DNA of 33,226 bases, from the NCBI GenBank assembly GCA_046052625.1, contig JBJOMA010000294.1:1-33226 (forward strand), in the 5' to 3' direction. The notes beneath the pieces were generated by a model. The model did not search any database, was not told the DNA's origin, and saw nothing but the letters and a program-made list of their open reading frames with translations. Below are positions 1 to 9,081 of this stretch, in pieces. Positions within the stretch are counted from its first letter, which is position 1; each line of letters begins with the position of its first letter. The stretch comes from Bacteroidota bacterium. Lineage in GTDB: Bacteria > Bacteroidota > Bacteroidia > AKYH767-A > 2013-40CM-41-45. The position numbers were made by a program, and so were the translations under genes.

Positions 1-86
1 TCAATTTGCGCCTCAGTCGTAAATGACAGCAGGAACAAGGTTACTGCTAGGAAGCTACGGCAAGCGTGAAGTAAAGGTGATTTCAT
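1..86 (-). CDS. 5' end of an unidentified secreted protein (partial, runs off the left edge)
   Basis: ATG at 86..84 (minus strand) opens a frame that stays open to base 1. It reads MKSPLLHACRSFLAVTLFLLSFTTEAQI, a signal-peptide-like N-terminus. Only 28 codons are visible. Confidence 0.3.
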   Translation of the reverse strand, partial: MKSPLLHACRSFLAVTLFLLSFTTEAQI

Positions 87-111
87 GTAACAGTATGTGT
101 TTGGAATTCCG

Positions 112-151
112 CTAAAATAAAAAAATCGGGCGGTAGTTAATGCCGCCCGAT
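112..151 (-). terminator. Rho-independent terminator downstream of the 559-aa gene
   Basis: 9-bp GC-rich stem ATCGGGCGG (125..133) pairs with CCGCCCGAT (143..151). On the minus strand it is followed by a T-run (plus-strand AAAATAAAAAAA just upstream). Confidence 0.7.
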
Positions 152-168
152 CATTCAAATGAGTGTGT

Positions 169-1848
169 TTATTCTATCACCAGTTTCCCGGAACGAGCGA
201 CCCGGCTGCCCTTTTCGCGGAGCACGTAGAAATAGACACCATGTGACAATGAACGCAGATCCACTTCATCACCTGAATTCACCAGATCGATGTCATAGAC
301 CAGACGACCTGCAGGATCGGTGATCCGCAAATCAAAACTGGTCATGGATCTGCTCAGTATGCGGATCCGTCCGCTGGACGGATTCGGTACCACATGGACC
401 GGCGGAAGCGATGAGGGGTCTTGGATCCCGACGCCGTTGTCTACAACCGTGATGGTTTGGACCGCTGTATCCGAAAAGCAGGCTTCATCGCTGAAAACGA
501 CCATTGTGACGGTATAAACACCGGGGGTGGCATAGAAGTGGACGGTATCAAACAACGAGTACCCGGAAGTGCCGTCACCGAAATCCCAGAAGGTACTGGA
601 GCTGCCCAGACTGTAATTATCGAAGATGATTACGGTAGAAGTGTCGGGGGAACTGAAGAACTGGGCGGTCGGCGGACCGATGACGCGGATCGTCACATTG
701 GTACTGGTCGTCTGACTGGGAGTACCGTTATCCGTGCCCTGAAACTGGATGTTATGAAAGCCGGTGTTGTTTATGGTACCGTTTACATGGATCGACGCAG
801 AACCGATCGGTCCTGACACCTGGCTGGTAACCGTCACATCCTGCATGCTGCCGAAATTGACGGAAGGAGTGATCTGTTGGCTGGGTTCCGGACCGAGGAA
901 GGAGACGGAAACATCTGCTGAATCGCCCATGCAAAGAACAATGGTGTCGCAAGCAGACAAGGAGCTCACGACCGGTGCAATATTGAAGTTGCTGACACAG
1001 GTGTTGAAGAAGAAAGCCTGGTTGTCCAGAAAACTGACACCGTCCGGATTTCCACCAGGTCCGTCATAGGTCGAACCGGCCTGGTCGAACCGGCCCATCT
1101 GTATGTAATTGATGCCGTTTCCCTGATTCACACCGACCGTCGCGGGAATTCCACCGAAACCTCCTACTCCTTGGGAAGCGGAACCGGTGGTCCACTGCAT
1201 GTCCTTGTAACAGAAACCGACATTATATCCTGAAGGCAAAAGGGGATCCAGTCCGTCTGTGATGATCAACTGAAACGCGTTACGCTTGTCGTCCTGTGCA
1301 TTAAAATATCCCACCGAATCCCATTGAACGATCAGGTGGGAATTGGTCAGTTCGTAATAGACCAATCCGCTGTTCGGTCCGCGGGTATCGACATCCGCCC
1401 AGAACGGTGCAACCATCACGAAGTTGGTGTTAGGGAAAGAGTCTGCACTATAGGTGGAATAGGAAGTTCCGAAGGAGACATTTCCATTGTTATTGATGAA
1501 CAGCTTACGAAGATACGTACCGTAAAAACAGAAGGGCGAAATCAGACTGATCGTATCCGTCGAACCGTCATCGTTACGATATTCCGGAGGCGTACCATTG
1601 GTGAAGGGAGCTACTTGCCAGGCACGGTCACGTTCCACCCAGCAATCGCAGGAGGAGATGGTGCGCGTAGCGCCGGTAGGGCTGATGATGATTTCTGAAC
1701 GATCACCGTTCCGCTTGGGAAGCGACTCGTTCAGGTCTTTACCGTTGAATAGCGGTTGCTGACCGGTTCCGTCGACACTCTGTGCAACGGACACGACTGC
1801 GATGAACTCCAGCAATGAAAGGAGAATCAGGCGTAAGTTTTTCTTCAT
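169..1848 (-). CDS. T9SS-secreted protein: signal peptide, NIDO-like domain, Ig-like region, PKD domain, Por/T9SS C-terminal sorting domain
   Basis: - Signal peptide: MKKNLRLILLSLLEFIAVVSVAQS.
- NIDO-like segment: FCFYGTYLRKLFINNNGNVSFG...FVMVAPFWADVDTRG...GLVYYE...IVQWDSVGYF...RNAFQLIITDG.
- PKD signature: FWDFGDGTSG...TPGVYTVTMVV.
- CTD: VVPNPSSGRIRIL...HGVYFYVL.
- ATG start at 1848. Confidence 0.85.
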   Translation of the reverse strand: MKKNLRLILLSLLEFIAVVSVAQSVDGTGQQPLFNGKDLNESLPKRNGDRSEIIISPTGATRTISSCDCWVERDRAWQVAPFTNGTPPEYRNDDGSTDTISLISPFCFYGTYLRKLFINNNGNVSFGTSYSTYSADSFPNTNFVMVAPFWADVDTRGPNSGLVYYELTNSHLIVQWDSVGYFNAQDDKRNAFQLIITDGLDPLLPSGYNVGFCYKDMQWTTGSASQGVGGFGGIPATVGVNQGNGINYIQMGRFDQAGSTYDGPGGNPDGVSFLDNQAFFFNTCVSNFNIAPVVSSLSACDTIVLCMGDSADVSVSFLGPEPSQQITPSVNFGSMQDVTVTSQVSGPIGSASIHVNGTINNTGFHNIQFQGTDNGTPSQTTSTNVTIRVIGPPTAQFFSSPDTSTVIIFDNYSLGSSSTFWDFGDGTSGYSLFDTVHFYATPGVYTVTMVVFSDEACFSDTAVQTITVVDNGVGIQDPSSLPPVHVVPNPSSGRIRILSRSMTSFDLRITDPAGRLVYDIDLVNSGDEVDLRSLSHGVYFYVLREKGSRVARSGKLVIE

Positions 1849-1998
1849 AATAGGGGTGTGGTGTGAATGTGCTCTTCAAATATATGTAATAATTCTCCCC
1901 CCTGACGTTCCGCAAACAAGGACTCATCAACGGCTTATGACAGCAAAACGCCACGGATTGGCCGATCGTGTCGATATTTGCCCGACGATATCCTGTTC

Positions 1999-4479
1999 AT
2001 GGACAAATTGCCTATACATGATGTGATTCCTGCCCTTAAAAAGGCACTCGTGGAAGAGAACACCGCCGTTTTACAGGCACCACCGGGGGCGGGGAAAAGT
2101 ACTGTGCTTCCGTTACACCTGCTGGAGGAACCATGGCTGAATGGTAAAAAGATCCTGATGCTGGAGCCCAGACGTCTTGCGGCGAAAGCCGTAGCCTGGA
2201 GGTTGGCAGAGCAGCTCGGCGAAGAGCCCGGCGATACCGTCGGATACAGGATCCGTTTTGAAAACAGGATTGGTAAATCGACACGGATTGAAATCGTCAC
2301 GGAAGGTATCCTGACACGCATGTTGCAAGTCGATAACGCGCTGGAGGGTATCGGGCTGGTCATTTTCGATGAGTTCCACGAAAGAAGCATTCACTCGGAT
2401 CTCGCCTTTGCCCTTTCTCGCGAAGCGCAATCCGTACTCCGGAACGACCTGCGCTTATTGGTCATGTCTGCCACACTGGATACTGATGAGCTGATGCGCG
2501 TTTTAAACAACCCTCCGCTCATCGCGAGCGAAGGTCGCCAATTCCCGGTGACCTACAGGTACCATGAACCGGACAGGGACGCAACACTCGCCCAGAACGT
2601 CTGCCGATTGGTGTTGAAAGCGTTCCGGGAAGAACCGGAAGGCGACCTCCTCGCCTTTCTCCCCGGCAGCGGCGATATTCTTCGTGCTGCCGATCTTTTG
2701 GAAGAATCGGGTATCAATGCGGTCGTCCATCCGCTGTTCGGTGACCTGCCTCACGATGAGCAGCAAAATGCATTGCAGCCGGACCGGAACGGGCGAAGAA
2801 AAATCGTACTGGCCACTTCCATCGCTGAAACGAGTCTGACCATCGAAGGAATCCGGGTGGTCGTTGACAGCGGTTATTCCAGAATACCCCGCTTTGATCT
2901 GAATACCGGACTCTCCCGGTTGGAATCCGTACGATCGACTCGTGACACAGCTGACCAGCGGGCCGGCCGTGCAGGCCGTCTCGGCCCCGGCGTCTGCTAC
3001 CGCATGTGGCCGGAAAGCACACATCATCAACTTGGAGCACAGCGCAAACCGGAAATACTGCAAACAGATCTTGCAAGGCTCACCCTTGAATTGGCCGGAT
3101 GGGGACATGCCGATCCGGGTGGAATGATATGGGTCACTCCGCCACCCGCTTCCGCAATAGCTCAAGCGCGTGAATTGCTCGTGTCACTCGGAGCAGTTGC
3201 AGACGGACGTATCACTCCCGATGGCAAAGCGATGCTCGAACTTCCTACGCATCCGCGTATCGCACACCTGCTACTATACGGGAAAAACAACGGGCTCGGA
3301 GCGCTTGCAGCGGACACTGCCGCGCTCTTGGAAGAACGTGACCCCTTGAAACAGGAAGCCGGCAGCGACCTCGTCCTCCGCATCGAAGCGCTCCGTCGTT
3401 GGCGAAAAAAAGAACGTGTCAATGTCGACCGTGGAGCACTGGAACGGATCGACCGCATCGCCCGACAATGGCGGAAGTCGCTCGGTATCGTTTTCGATTC
3501 CGGCGAATCGGGTACCGACGAAACAGGAGCGCTGATCGCCGCTGCATATCCGGAGCGCATCGCACGCGACGAAGACGGTCGAGGGAGGTACCGAATGGCA
3601 AACGGTCGAGCAGCACGGTTGCAAGAACACGATCCGTTGACACATGCCGACTGGATCGCGATTGCACAGTTGGATGCCGGGACAAAAGAGGGAAGAGTCT
3701 TCCTCGCAGCATCCTATGACCCGCAGGCGCTGATCCGTAATACCTCCCCCGTGGAAACCATCAGTTGGGACAACAAGAACGGCACCGTGATCGCCCGTAA
3801 AGAATGGCGGATCGGCAGCCTGGTGGCACGTGAAGAGCCGATTCAAAAACCTTCGCAGGAGAAAGTGGCCGGCGTCGTGTGCGACTTCATCGCCGGCGAA
3901 GGACTTCATGTCTTCGACCGGACGGAATCGAGCGAGCAGCTGCAGGCACGCGTTGAGTCGCTGCGGAAATGGCGGCCGGAATCGGATTTCCCGAACTTCT
4001 CGGATGACGGCCTGAGCGCAACTGCTACACTGTGGGCTGCACCTTATTGTGGCAGCATCCGACGGAAAGAAGACCTGAAGAAAATCGACCTGTTCTCCGT
4101 GCTGCATTCATTCCTATCCTGGGAGCAACAACGGCAATTGGATGAGTGGCTTCCTGAGAAACTGGAAGTGCCCAGCGGTTCGAAAATAACCATCCGCTAT
4201 TCACCGGAAGGTGCAACGCCCATCCTTGCCGTCCGGCTGCAGGAAGTGTTCGGCATGACCGAATCACCGACAGTCAACGATGGACGCTCCCGGCTCATGC
4301 TTCATTTGCTGTCTCCGGGATACAAACCGGTTCAGGTCACACAAGACCTGAAAAGTTTCTGGCATAACACCTATCACGAAGTCCGCAAGGAACTGCGCAT
4401 CCGTTATCCGAAACACTCCTGGCCGGAAGACCCGTGGACAGCAGTTGCTGTCCGAGGCGCCGTGAAAAGGAGATCCTGA
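1999..4479 (+). CDS. hrpB: ATP-dependent RNA helicase HrpB (DEAH-box)
   Basis: Walker A LQAPPGAGKST, DEFH box VIFDEFHERS, SAT motif, QRAGRAGR motif VI, and a long HrpB-type C-terminal region. The track ORF opens at a TTG (1978). The ATG at 1999 (MDKLPIHDVIPAL...) fits HrpB N-termini better. Confidence 0.9.
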   Translation: MDKLPIHDVIPALKKALVEENTAVLQAPPGAGKSTVLPLHLLEEPWLNGKKILMLEPRRLAAKAVAWRLAEQLGEEPGDTVGYRIRFENRIGKSTRIEIVTEGILTRMLQVDNALEGIGLVIFDEFHERSIHSDLAFALSREAQSVLRNDLRLLVMSATLDTDELMRVLNNPPLIASEGRQFPVTYRYHEPDRDATLAQNVCRLVLKAFREEPEGDLLAFLPGSGDILRAADLLEESGINAVVHPLFGDLPHDEQQNALQPDRNGRRKIVLATSIAETSLTIEGIRVVVDSGYSRIPRFDLNTGLSRLESVRSTRDTADQRAGRAGRLGPGVCYRMWPESTHHQLGAQRKPEILQTDLARLTLELAGWGHADPGGMIWVTPPPASAIAQARELLVSLGAVADGRITPDGKAMLELPTHPRIAHLLLYGKNNGLGALAADTAALLEERDPLKQEAGSDLVLRIEALRRWRKKERVNVDRGALERIDRIARQWRKSLGIVFDSGESGTDETGALIAAAYPERIARDEDGRGRYRMANGRAARLQEHDPLTHADWIAIAQLDAGTKEGRVFLAASYDPQALIRNTSPVETISWDNKNGTVIARKEWRIGSLVAREEPIQKPSQEKVAGVVCDFIAGEGLHVFDRTESSEQLQARVESLRKWRPESDFPNFSDDGLSATATLWAAPYCGSIRRKEDLKKIDLFSVLHSFLSWEQQRQLDEWLPEKLEVPSGSKITIRYSPEGATPILAVRLQEVFGMTESPTVNDGRSRLMLHLLSPGYKPVQVTQDLKSFWHNTYHEVRKELRIRYPKHSWPEDPWTAVAVRGAVKRRS

Positions 4480-7400
4480 TCACTGAACGATGATCCGCTG
4501 AAGGCTGCGAACACCGGCTCCCTCTGCAGTCAGGAAATACAAACCGGGGGCGACTCCTTCCAGATCGATCATCAGAGAAGTTTCCGTTTGCAGAAGCTGC
4601 ACGGTTTCGCCGTACACCTGACGACCGGAAAGGTCTGTGACCATCAAGCGCATTTCAGAATGACGCTGTCCGCGGATGGCAACTGTGAAGCGACCCGGAT
4701 TCGGATTCGGGAACACAGTGATGCCCGGATGAACGGCCATCGGTCCGTCGACCGGCAACGAGAAGTTGACCGTGAACTGGTAGTTGATATTGTCACCGAA
4801 ATCGGGATTGAAGGTCTTCAGGATCGTGCCGGAAGATGCCGAACGAATCCGCAGATATCCGGTCCCTTGATTGGTATTGGCCCAGAAGCTCAAACCGTCA
4901 TCGCCTGAATCGTTCATGTACAACTTGTAACAACCCGCGGTCAGATTCAACGTGTCCCGGTAAATGACACCGCCGACCGTAGGAGCCCGGTTCAACAAAA
5001 CGTTGCCTTGCTCGTCACGGACAGAATAGGTGTTCTGTGTAATGAGGTTATTGGGACGGTATTCGAGGACAATCCTTCCATAATACGTATCAGGAATGAG
5101 AAAGTCGGTGGAAAGCGTATCGTTAGGTGCATACCCGTCGGCGCCTCCATTAGGATTGGAGACGCTGACCTGGAAGCGGTCGATACCGGAACCGATCCAG
5201 GCAGGCGCCGGAAGTACGACTTCTTCGGTCTGAAGAAACGTCAGGCTTCCAGTCCAGTGATAGCTGCTTAAAGTTCCACCTACTCTTCCGTAGGTGATGT
5301 CCAGCGATGTCAATGTATCTGAACCGGAATTGCGGATCACGATGACCGGATCGTCACAGATCGGATTGAAGCGCAGGTACTCGCTCCTTAAAGAAGGCGA
5401 CTTGATGACATGTACCGCCGCATCCGTCTGGAAATTGGGCGGTCCGTAACTGACGAGGGTGTTGTTAACGCGGTAATTGGAGGTGCCGGGATTGGCTATG
5501 AACGGCATCGTGTATTCGGCTGTTACGGTCTGACCGGGTGTCACATACGGCGTGAGCTCCAGCTCGGCGAGGTCGACGTTCTTTCCCGGGCACCAGCCGG
5601 CACGGTCATAGACCCACGTTCCGCCTTGTGGAAAGATCGGATTGGTAGCGCATTCCGTCCACACGCTTCGGGTGAAATCGATGATGCCTGCCAGAGAGAC
5701 CGTATGGTTACGCGCGATGAACTCTCCTTCCTGTCCGTGACCGCTGATCGAGGAGCGGATCTTATACATGGAAGAGCCCGGATCCAGGATGATATCGCGC
5801 GGCTCGAAATAAACGTTGTTATAGATCTGACTCCACGACGGTGACACCCATCCGCCGTTCGGCCAGATCTGCGTCACTGAACGCACGGTACGCGGCGGAA
5901 TCCCTTCGTAGAAAATGAACTTGATATCGTTCTCCTCGCTGTTACGACCGGCACCGTTCATGGACAGGTACTTTCCGCCTTTTAGGACAGGAGCGAAATC
6001 GGTGACGTCGAAATCCCAGTACTTGCCGTTCAATCCGTCCAGGTCAAGATTTATCCCATAGGGTGTAATGAAATCGATGAGCTCGAAATTCATCGGCCGC
6101 TTCTGGTAGTAATTCAATGTCTGCTGTACGAGGGAATCCGTGGCTGCAATCAAGGCTGAGTCGCTAACGGTACCGTCGTAAGCATAGGTGTAGGAATATC
6201 CGCCGGCCGGCCAGACCAGCAACGTATCGGTCGTCACCAGCGTATTGGCATTCACGTCGTATTCGATGACCCGTAGCGGTGAGCGCAAAAGGGAATCAGG
6301 AACATGATAAGTCTGGACGGTGGAGGTATATACGCCCTGAAGGAACGTCACATCCGGGCGATAAGTGGTTGCAGTGAAATCACTGAAAAGATCTTTTCCC
6401 TTTCGGGAGCGCCAGACCGGGTTGATGATATCCGCGGTTGCTGCGGAAGCACCCCGGTCGAAGGTGACAGTGCCGACGCCTTCATTGAAAGAATAGTATT
6501 GGACCAGCCGCGCATAATCGGGATGAGCAGGTGTGACGGTGCGGTACAAGAGCGCTGCAATCGCGGTCGAATCGAGCTCCTTGTTCCAAATTGAAAACTC
6601 ATCGATGCGGCCACGGTATTGCATGTTATTCGGTCCTGCACCGATGGTGTAGTTTTTCAGATTGACCGGGATGGTCTTGCCGGTACCGGATTGGATCACA
6701 TGACCGTCCATCCATATTTTCATCTCGCCGGTCGTCGTGTTCTTGGTGAACGTCCAATACGTCCAGCGGCCTTCGAAGTCGGCAGGAACCACCGATACGG
6801 AAATGCGATCGTAAGTACCACCGGCACCTCCGCAGTCCCAGTAGACCTTCGAATCGGACCAGGGAAGGTGAACGTTCAATTGCCGACCGTTGCCGTTGTC
6901 CGTGCCGTAGGCGATGCTGGTATTCGATGGTAGCAGGCTCGTATCCCCATATGCCCAGAAACCGACGGTGACCTGGTCGGAGATTTGCGAAAGCCCGTTG
7001 GTGTCCGGCAGTAGGACGGAGTTGGTGACTTCCAGATAACCGTTTGCTGAATCCGTGATCAGTCCGGCAACGAACCCGGCATCGTGCCCCTCGGTGGAAT
7101 CATTCGAAGAGCCGGAAGGAAGGGTATAGCTCAAATCCAGTAGGAGATTGGAGGTGCCGTTCCAGGTGAACGGCTGATGGAAGTTGAACTGCTTGGTTCC
7201 TGTCGTCGGAACCGGGGTGTCAAGGAAATAGACTTCCTGGAATCCGTCGGTCGAAGGTAATTCGGGAGAAAGTACACTGTCTGTGGCAGGACGCAGGCGG
7301 ATACGCAGATCCTGCAGGTCGTTGGATGCCGTTAATACTTCCAGCCGCAGACCGGTGATATCACCGGCGACCAAGCCGGAAGCGGTTAGTTCTGAAGCAG

Positions 7401-7932
7401 TCCAAAGGTATTGAGCACGTTGCACGGACGTGGATCCGCCAAGCGGATGTGCCACCGGCGTAGTACCGTTGGCCGGTTGTGCCGTCGTCTCGGAGATCAC
7501 GGAGGTATAGGTGACTTCCTGTTGAAGATTGTCAAACCGGTCGTAGACCGGCGCTGACGAATAGTAGAAGACAGACGACGTATTGCCGGCAATCGCGTAC
7601 TTGTTTTGTGATGCGGGCAAGGAATCTGTCTGGGAGGAATCGATGACAGAGGTATAGCAATTGTAATCCCATTCACCGCAACCGAGGTTACGGTTGGAAG
7701 TGGTGGAAATCAGTCCGCCTTTGCAGCGCATCCCGTAGCGCATGATGATCTTCTCGTAGGTTTTCGAAGAATCGTCCGGGAAGATGAAATACCCGGAGCG
7801 CAGGGTGGTATCATAGCGAAGTGTCTGGACGACGGTGGTATCGCCGACTCCGGCCAAGACCGACCGGGGACCGGGAAGAAAAAATCCAACGACAGTAAAG
7901 AGTACGAACAGGAAGGAAAGGAATCGGGTCAC
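4480..7932 (-). CDS. Large T9SS-secreted protein with PNGase F-like segments, a LamG/concanavalin-like domain and a T9SS C-terminal domain
   Basis: - GTG start followed by a signal peptide (MTRFLSFLFVLFTVVGFF).
- PNGase F-like strings: GCGEWDYNCYTSV, IDFITPYGINL...FDVTDF, SSISGHGQEGEF, GTWVYDRAGWCPG.
- LamG string: RWTYWTFTK...MKIWMDGHVI...YRGRIDEFSIWNKELDSTAI.
- CTD: VFPNPNPGRFTV...PGLYFLT. Confidence 0.85.
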   Translation of the reverse strand: MTRFLSFLFVLFTVVGFFLPGPRSVLAGVGDTTVVQTLRYDTTLRSGYFIFPDDSSKTYEKIIMRYGMRCKGGLISTTSNRNLGCGEWDYNCYTSVIDSSQTDSLPASQNKYAIAGNTSSVFYYSSAPVYDRFDNLQQEVTYTSVISETTAQPANGTTPVAHPLGGSTSVQRAQYLWTASELTASGLVAGDITGLRLEVLTASNDLQDLRIRLRPATDSVLSPELPSTDGFQEVYFLDTPVPTTGTKQFNFHQPFTWNGTSNLLLDLSYTLPSGSSNDSTEGHDAGFVAGLITDSANGYLEVTNSVLLPDTNGLSQISDQVTVGFWAYGDTSLLPSNTSIAYGTDNGNGRQLNVHLPWSDSKVYWDCGGAGGTYDRISVSVVPADFEGRWTYWTFTKNTTTGEMKIWMDGHVIQSGTGKTIPVNLKNYTIGAGPNNMQYRGRIDEFSIWNKELDSTAIAALLYRTVTPAHPDYARLVQYYSFNEGVGTVTFDRGASAATADIINPVWRSRKGKDLFSDFTATTYRPDVTFLQGVYTSTVQTYHVPDSLLRSPLRVIEYDVNANTLVTTDTLLVWPAGGYSYTYAYDGTVSDSALIAATDSLVQQTLNYYQKRPMNFELIDFITPYGINLDLDGLNGKYWDFDVTDFAPVLKGGKYLSMNGAGRNSEENDIKFIFYEGIPPRTVRSVTQIWPNGGWVSPSWSQIYNNVYFEPRDIILDPGSSMYKIRSSISGHGQEGEFIARNHTVSLAGIIDFTRSVWTECATNPIFPQGGTWVYDRAGWCPGKNVDLAELELTPYVTPGQTVTAEYTMPFIANPGTSNYRVNNTLVSYGPPNFQTDAAVHVIKSPSLRSEYLRFNPICDDPVIVIRNSGSDTLTSLDITYGRVGGTLSSYHWTGSLTFLQTEEVVLPAPAWIGSGIDRFQVSVSNPNGGADGYAPNDTLSTDFLIPDTYYGRIVLEYRPNNLITQNTYSVRDEQGNVLLNRAPTVGGVIYRDTLNLTAGCYKLYMNDSGDDGLSFWANTNQGTGYLRIRSASSGTILKTFNPDFGDNINYQFTVNFSLPVDGPMAVHPGITVFPNPNPGRFTVAIRGQRHSEMRLMVTDLSGRQVYGETVQLLQTETSLMIDLEGVAPGLYFLTAEGAGVRSLQRIIVQ

Positions 7933-8299
7933 GGGGTTGGTTTTACAGGGTCGATAAAGATAGCGGATGCCTTCGGTTGGGGGTTTATTCTTTAACCGGC
8001 CTTAAAGGACTTATTGAGCTGCCGGTCGGTCGGAAGGGCATCAATATGCCGTTACGAATTTGACTGATATTGTATTGTTTTCATTTACATGTCATTACAT
8101 TGATTTTCATAAAAAATGACCCTGCTGCCATCCCTGATTCAATCCATAAAATGATTAACATCATGAACCTGTGTCAAAAGGCTATTAATCAATGTGTTTA
8201 GGTGATTTTTGAACCGTTTAGGAGGCTTTTGTTGACCGAAGTAGTAACCAAGTTCGGAAAGTAATCGTTAGAATTGTACCAAACCAAAACCTTATTTGC

Positions 8300-9019
8300 A
8301 TGAAAAAGACCATTCTGATTGTTGCTGCTTCGGTAGCTACGCTTGTCGCTTCGGCGCAAATGACTTCTAAGAAAGGAAATGCAATTCTCCCCGAGTCCGG
8401 AGATTGGAGCATCGGTGTGGGTGCCAACTCCACGCTGAATTATTTCGGCAACCTGTTGAACGGAACCGCTGACAACAGCGCTCCCGGCTTCGACTGGGCA
8501 AATGACAACGTCATCACCGGTAAGATGATGAAGGACGCGAATACGGCTTACCGTGTGCGTGTGCGTATTGGCTACAACAGCGCTACCGATAACGATTACA
8601 GCGACCCTGCAACGGGCGGAGTATCTGTTGAGAGAAAAACCACTTCCATGGATATCAGCCTCGGAGCCGGCATCCAGAAGTACCGTGGCAAAGGCCGTCT
8701 GCAGGGCATCTATGGTGCTGAAGCATCCCTCGGCTTGAGCAGCGGAACTGAGTCTTGGGACTCTGATGCACTCAAGGCTGATGTAACGGTAGGTTCCACC
8801 TTCGGTTTCGGCGTACGCGGCTTCATCGGTGCTGAATATTTCTTCGCTCCGAAGATGTCTCTCGGCGGTGAATTCGGTTGGGGACTCGGCATCTCCAGCA
8901 CCGGAGAAACCGAAACTTCTGTTAACGGCGGAACGGCTGTTAAATCAGGTGGTGGCAGCTCCTTCGGTATCGACACCGACAACGTTGGTGGCAGCATCTC
9001 CATGAACCTGTACTTCTAA
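8300..9019 (+). CDS. Small outer-membrane beta-barrel protein
   Basis: Signal peptide MKKTILIVAASVATLVASAQ. Gly/Ser-rich alternating amphipathic strands. C-terminal aromatic residue (NLYF), typical of beta-barrel OMPs. Confidence 0.7.
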   Translation: MKKTILIVAASVATLVASAQMTSKKGNAILPESGDWSIGVGANSTLNYFGNLLNGTADNSAPGFDWANDNVITGKMMKDANTAYRVRVRIGYNSATDNDYSDPATGGVSVERKTTSMDISLGAGIQKYRGKGRLQGIYGAEASLGLSSGTESWDSDALKADVTVGSTFGFGVRGFIGAEYFFAPKMSLGGEFGWGLGISSTGETETSVNGGTAVKSGGGSSFGIDTDNVGGSISMNLYF

Positions 9020-9036
9020 TCGGAACATCCGATAAT

Positions 9037-9069
9037 AAAAAAGCCCCGCAGCATGCTGCGGGGCTTTTT
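9037..9069. terminator. Bidirectional rho-independent terminator shared by two convergent genes
   Basis: Perfect palindrome AAAAAGCCCCGCAGCA/TGCTGCGGGGCTTTTT with an A-run on one side and a T-run on the other. It lies between the stop at 9019 (+) and the stop at 9082 (-). Confidence 0.85.
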
Positions 9070-9081
9070 GCTTTTCATGCC

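Noticed and set aside
320-1698. Plus-strand ORFs (320..517, 421..816, 764..1069, 1324..1698) opposite the NIDO/PKD cargo gene.
   Set aside because: They are shadow ORFs embedded in a well-supported minus-strand gene, with low-complexity translations.
2503-4107. Long antisense ORFs inside hrpB (2503..3165, 2714..3076, 3162..3560, 3274..4107).
   Set aside because: They lie opposite a gene with unambiguous helicase motifs. Their translations are Arg/Ser/Cys-rich with no motifs, as expected for shadow frames in GC-rich coding DNA.
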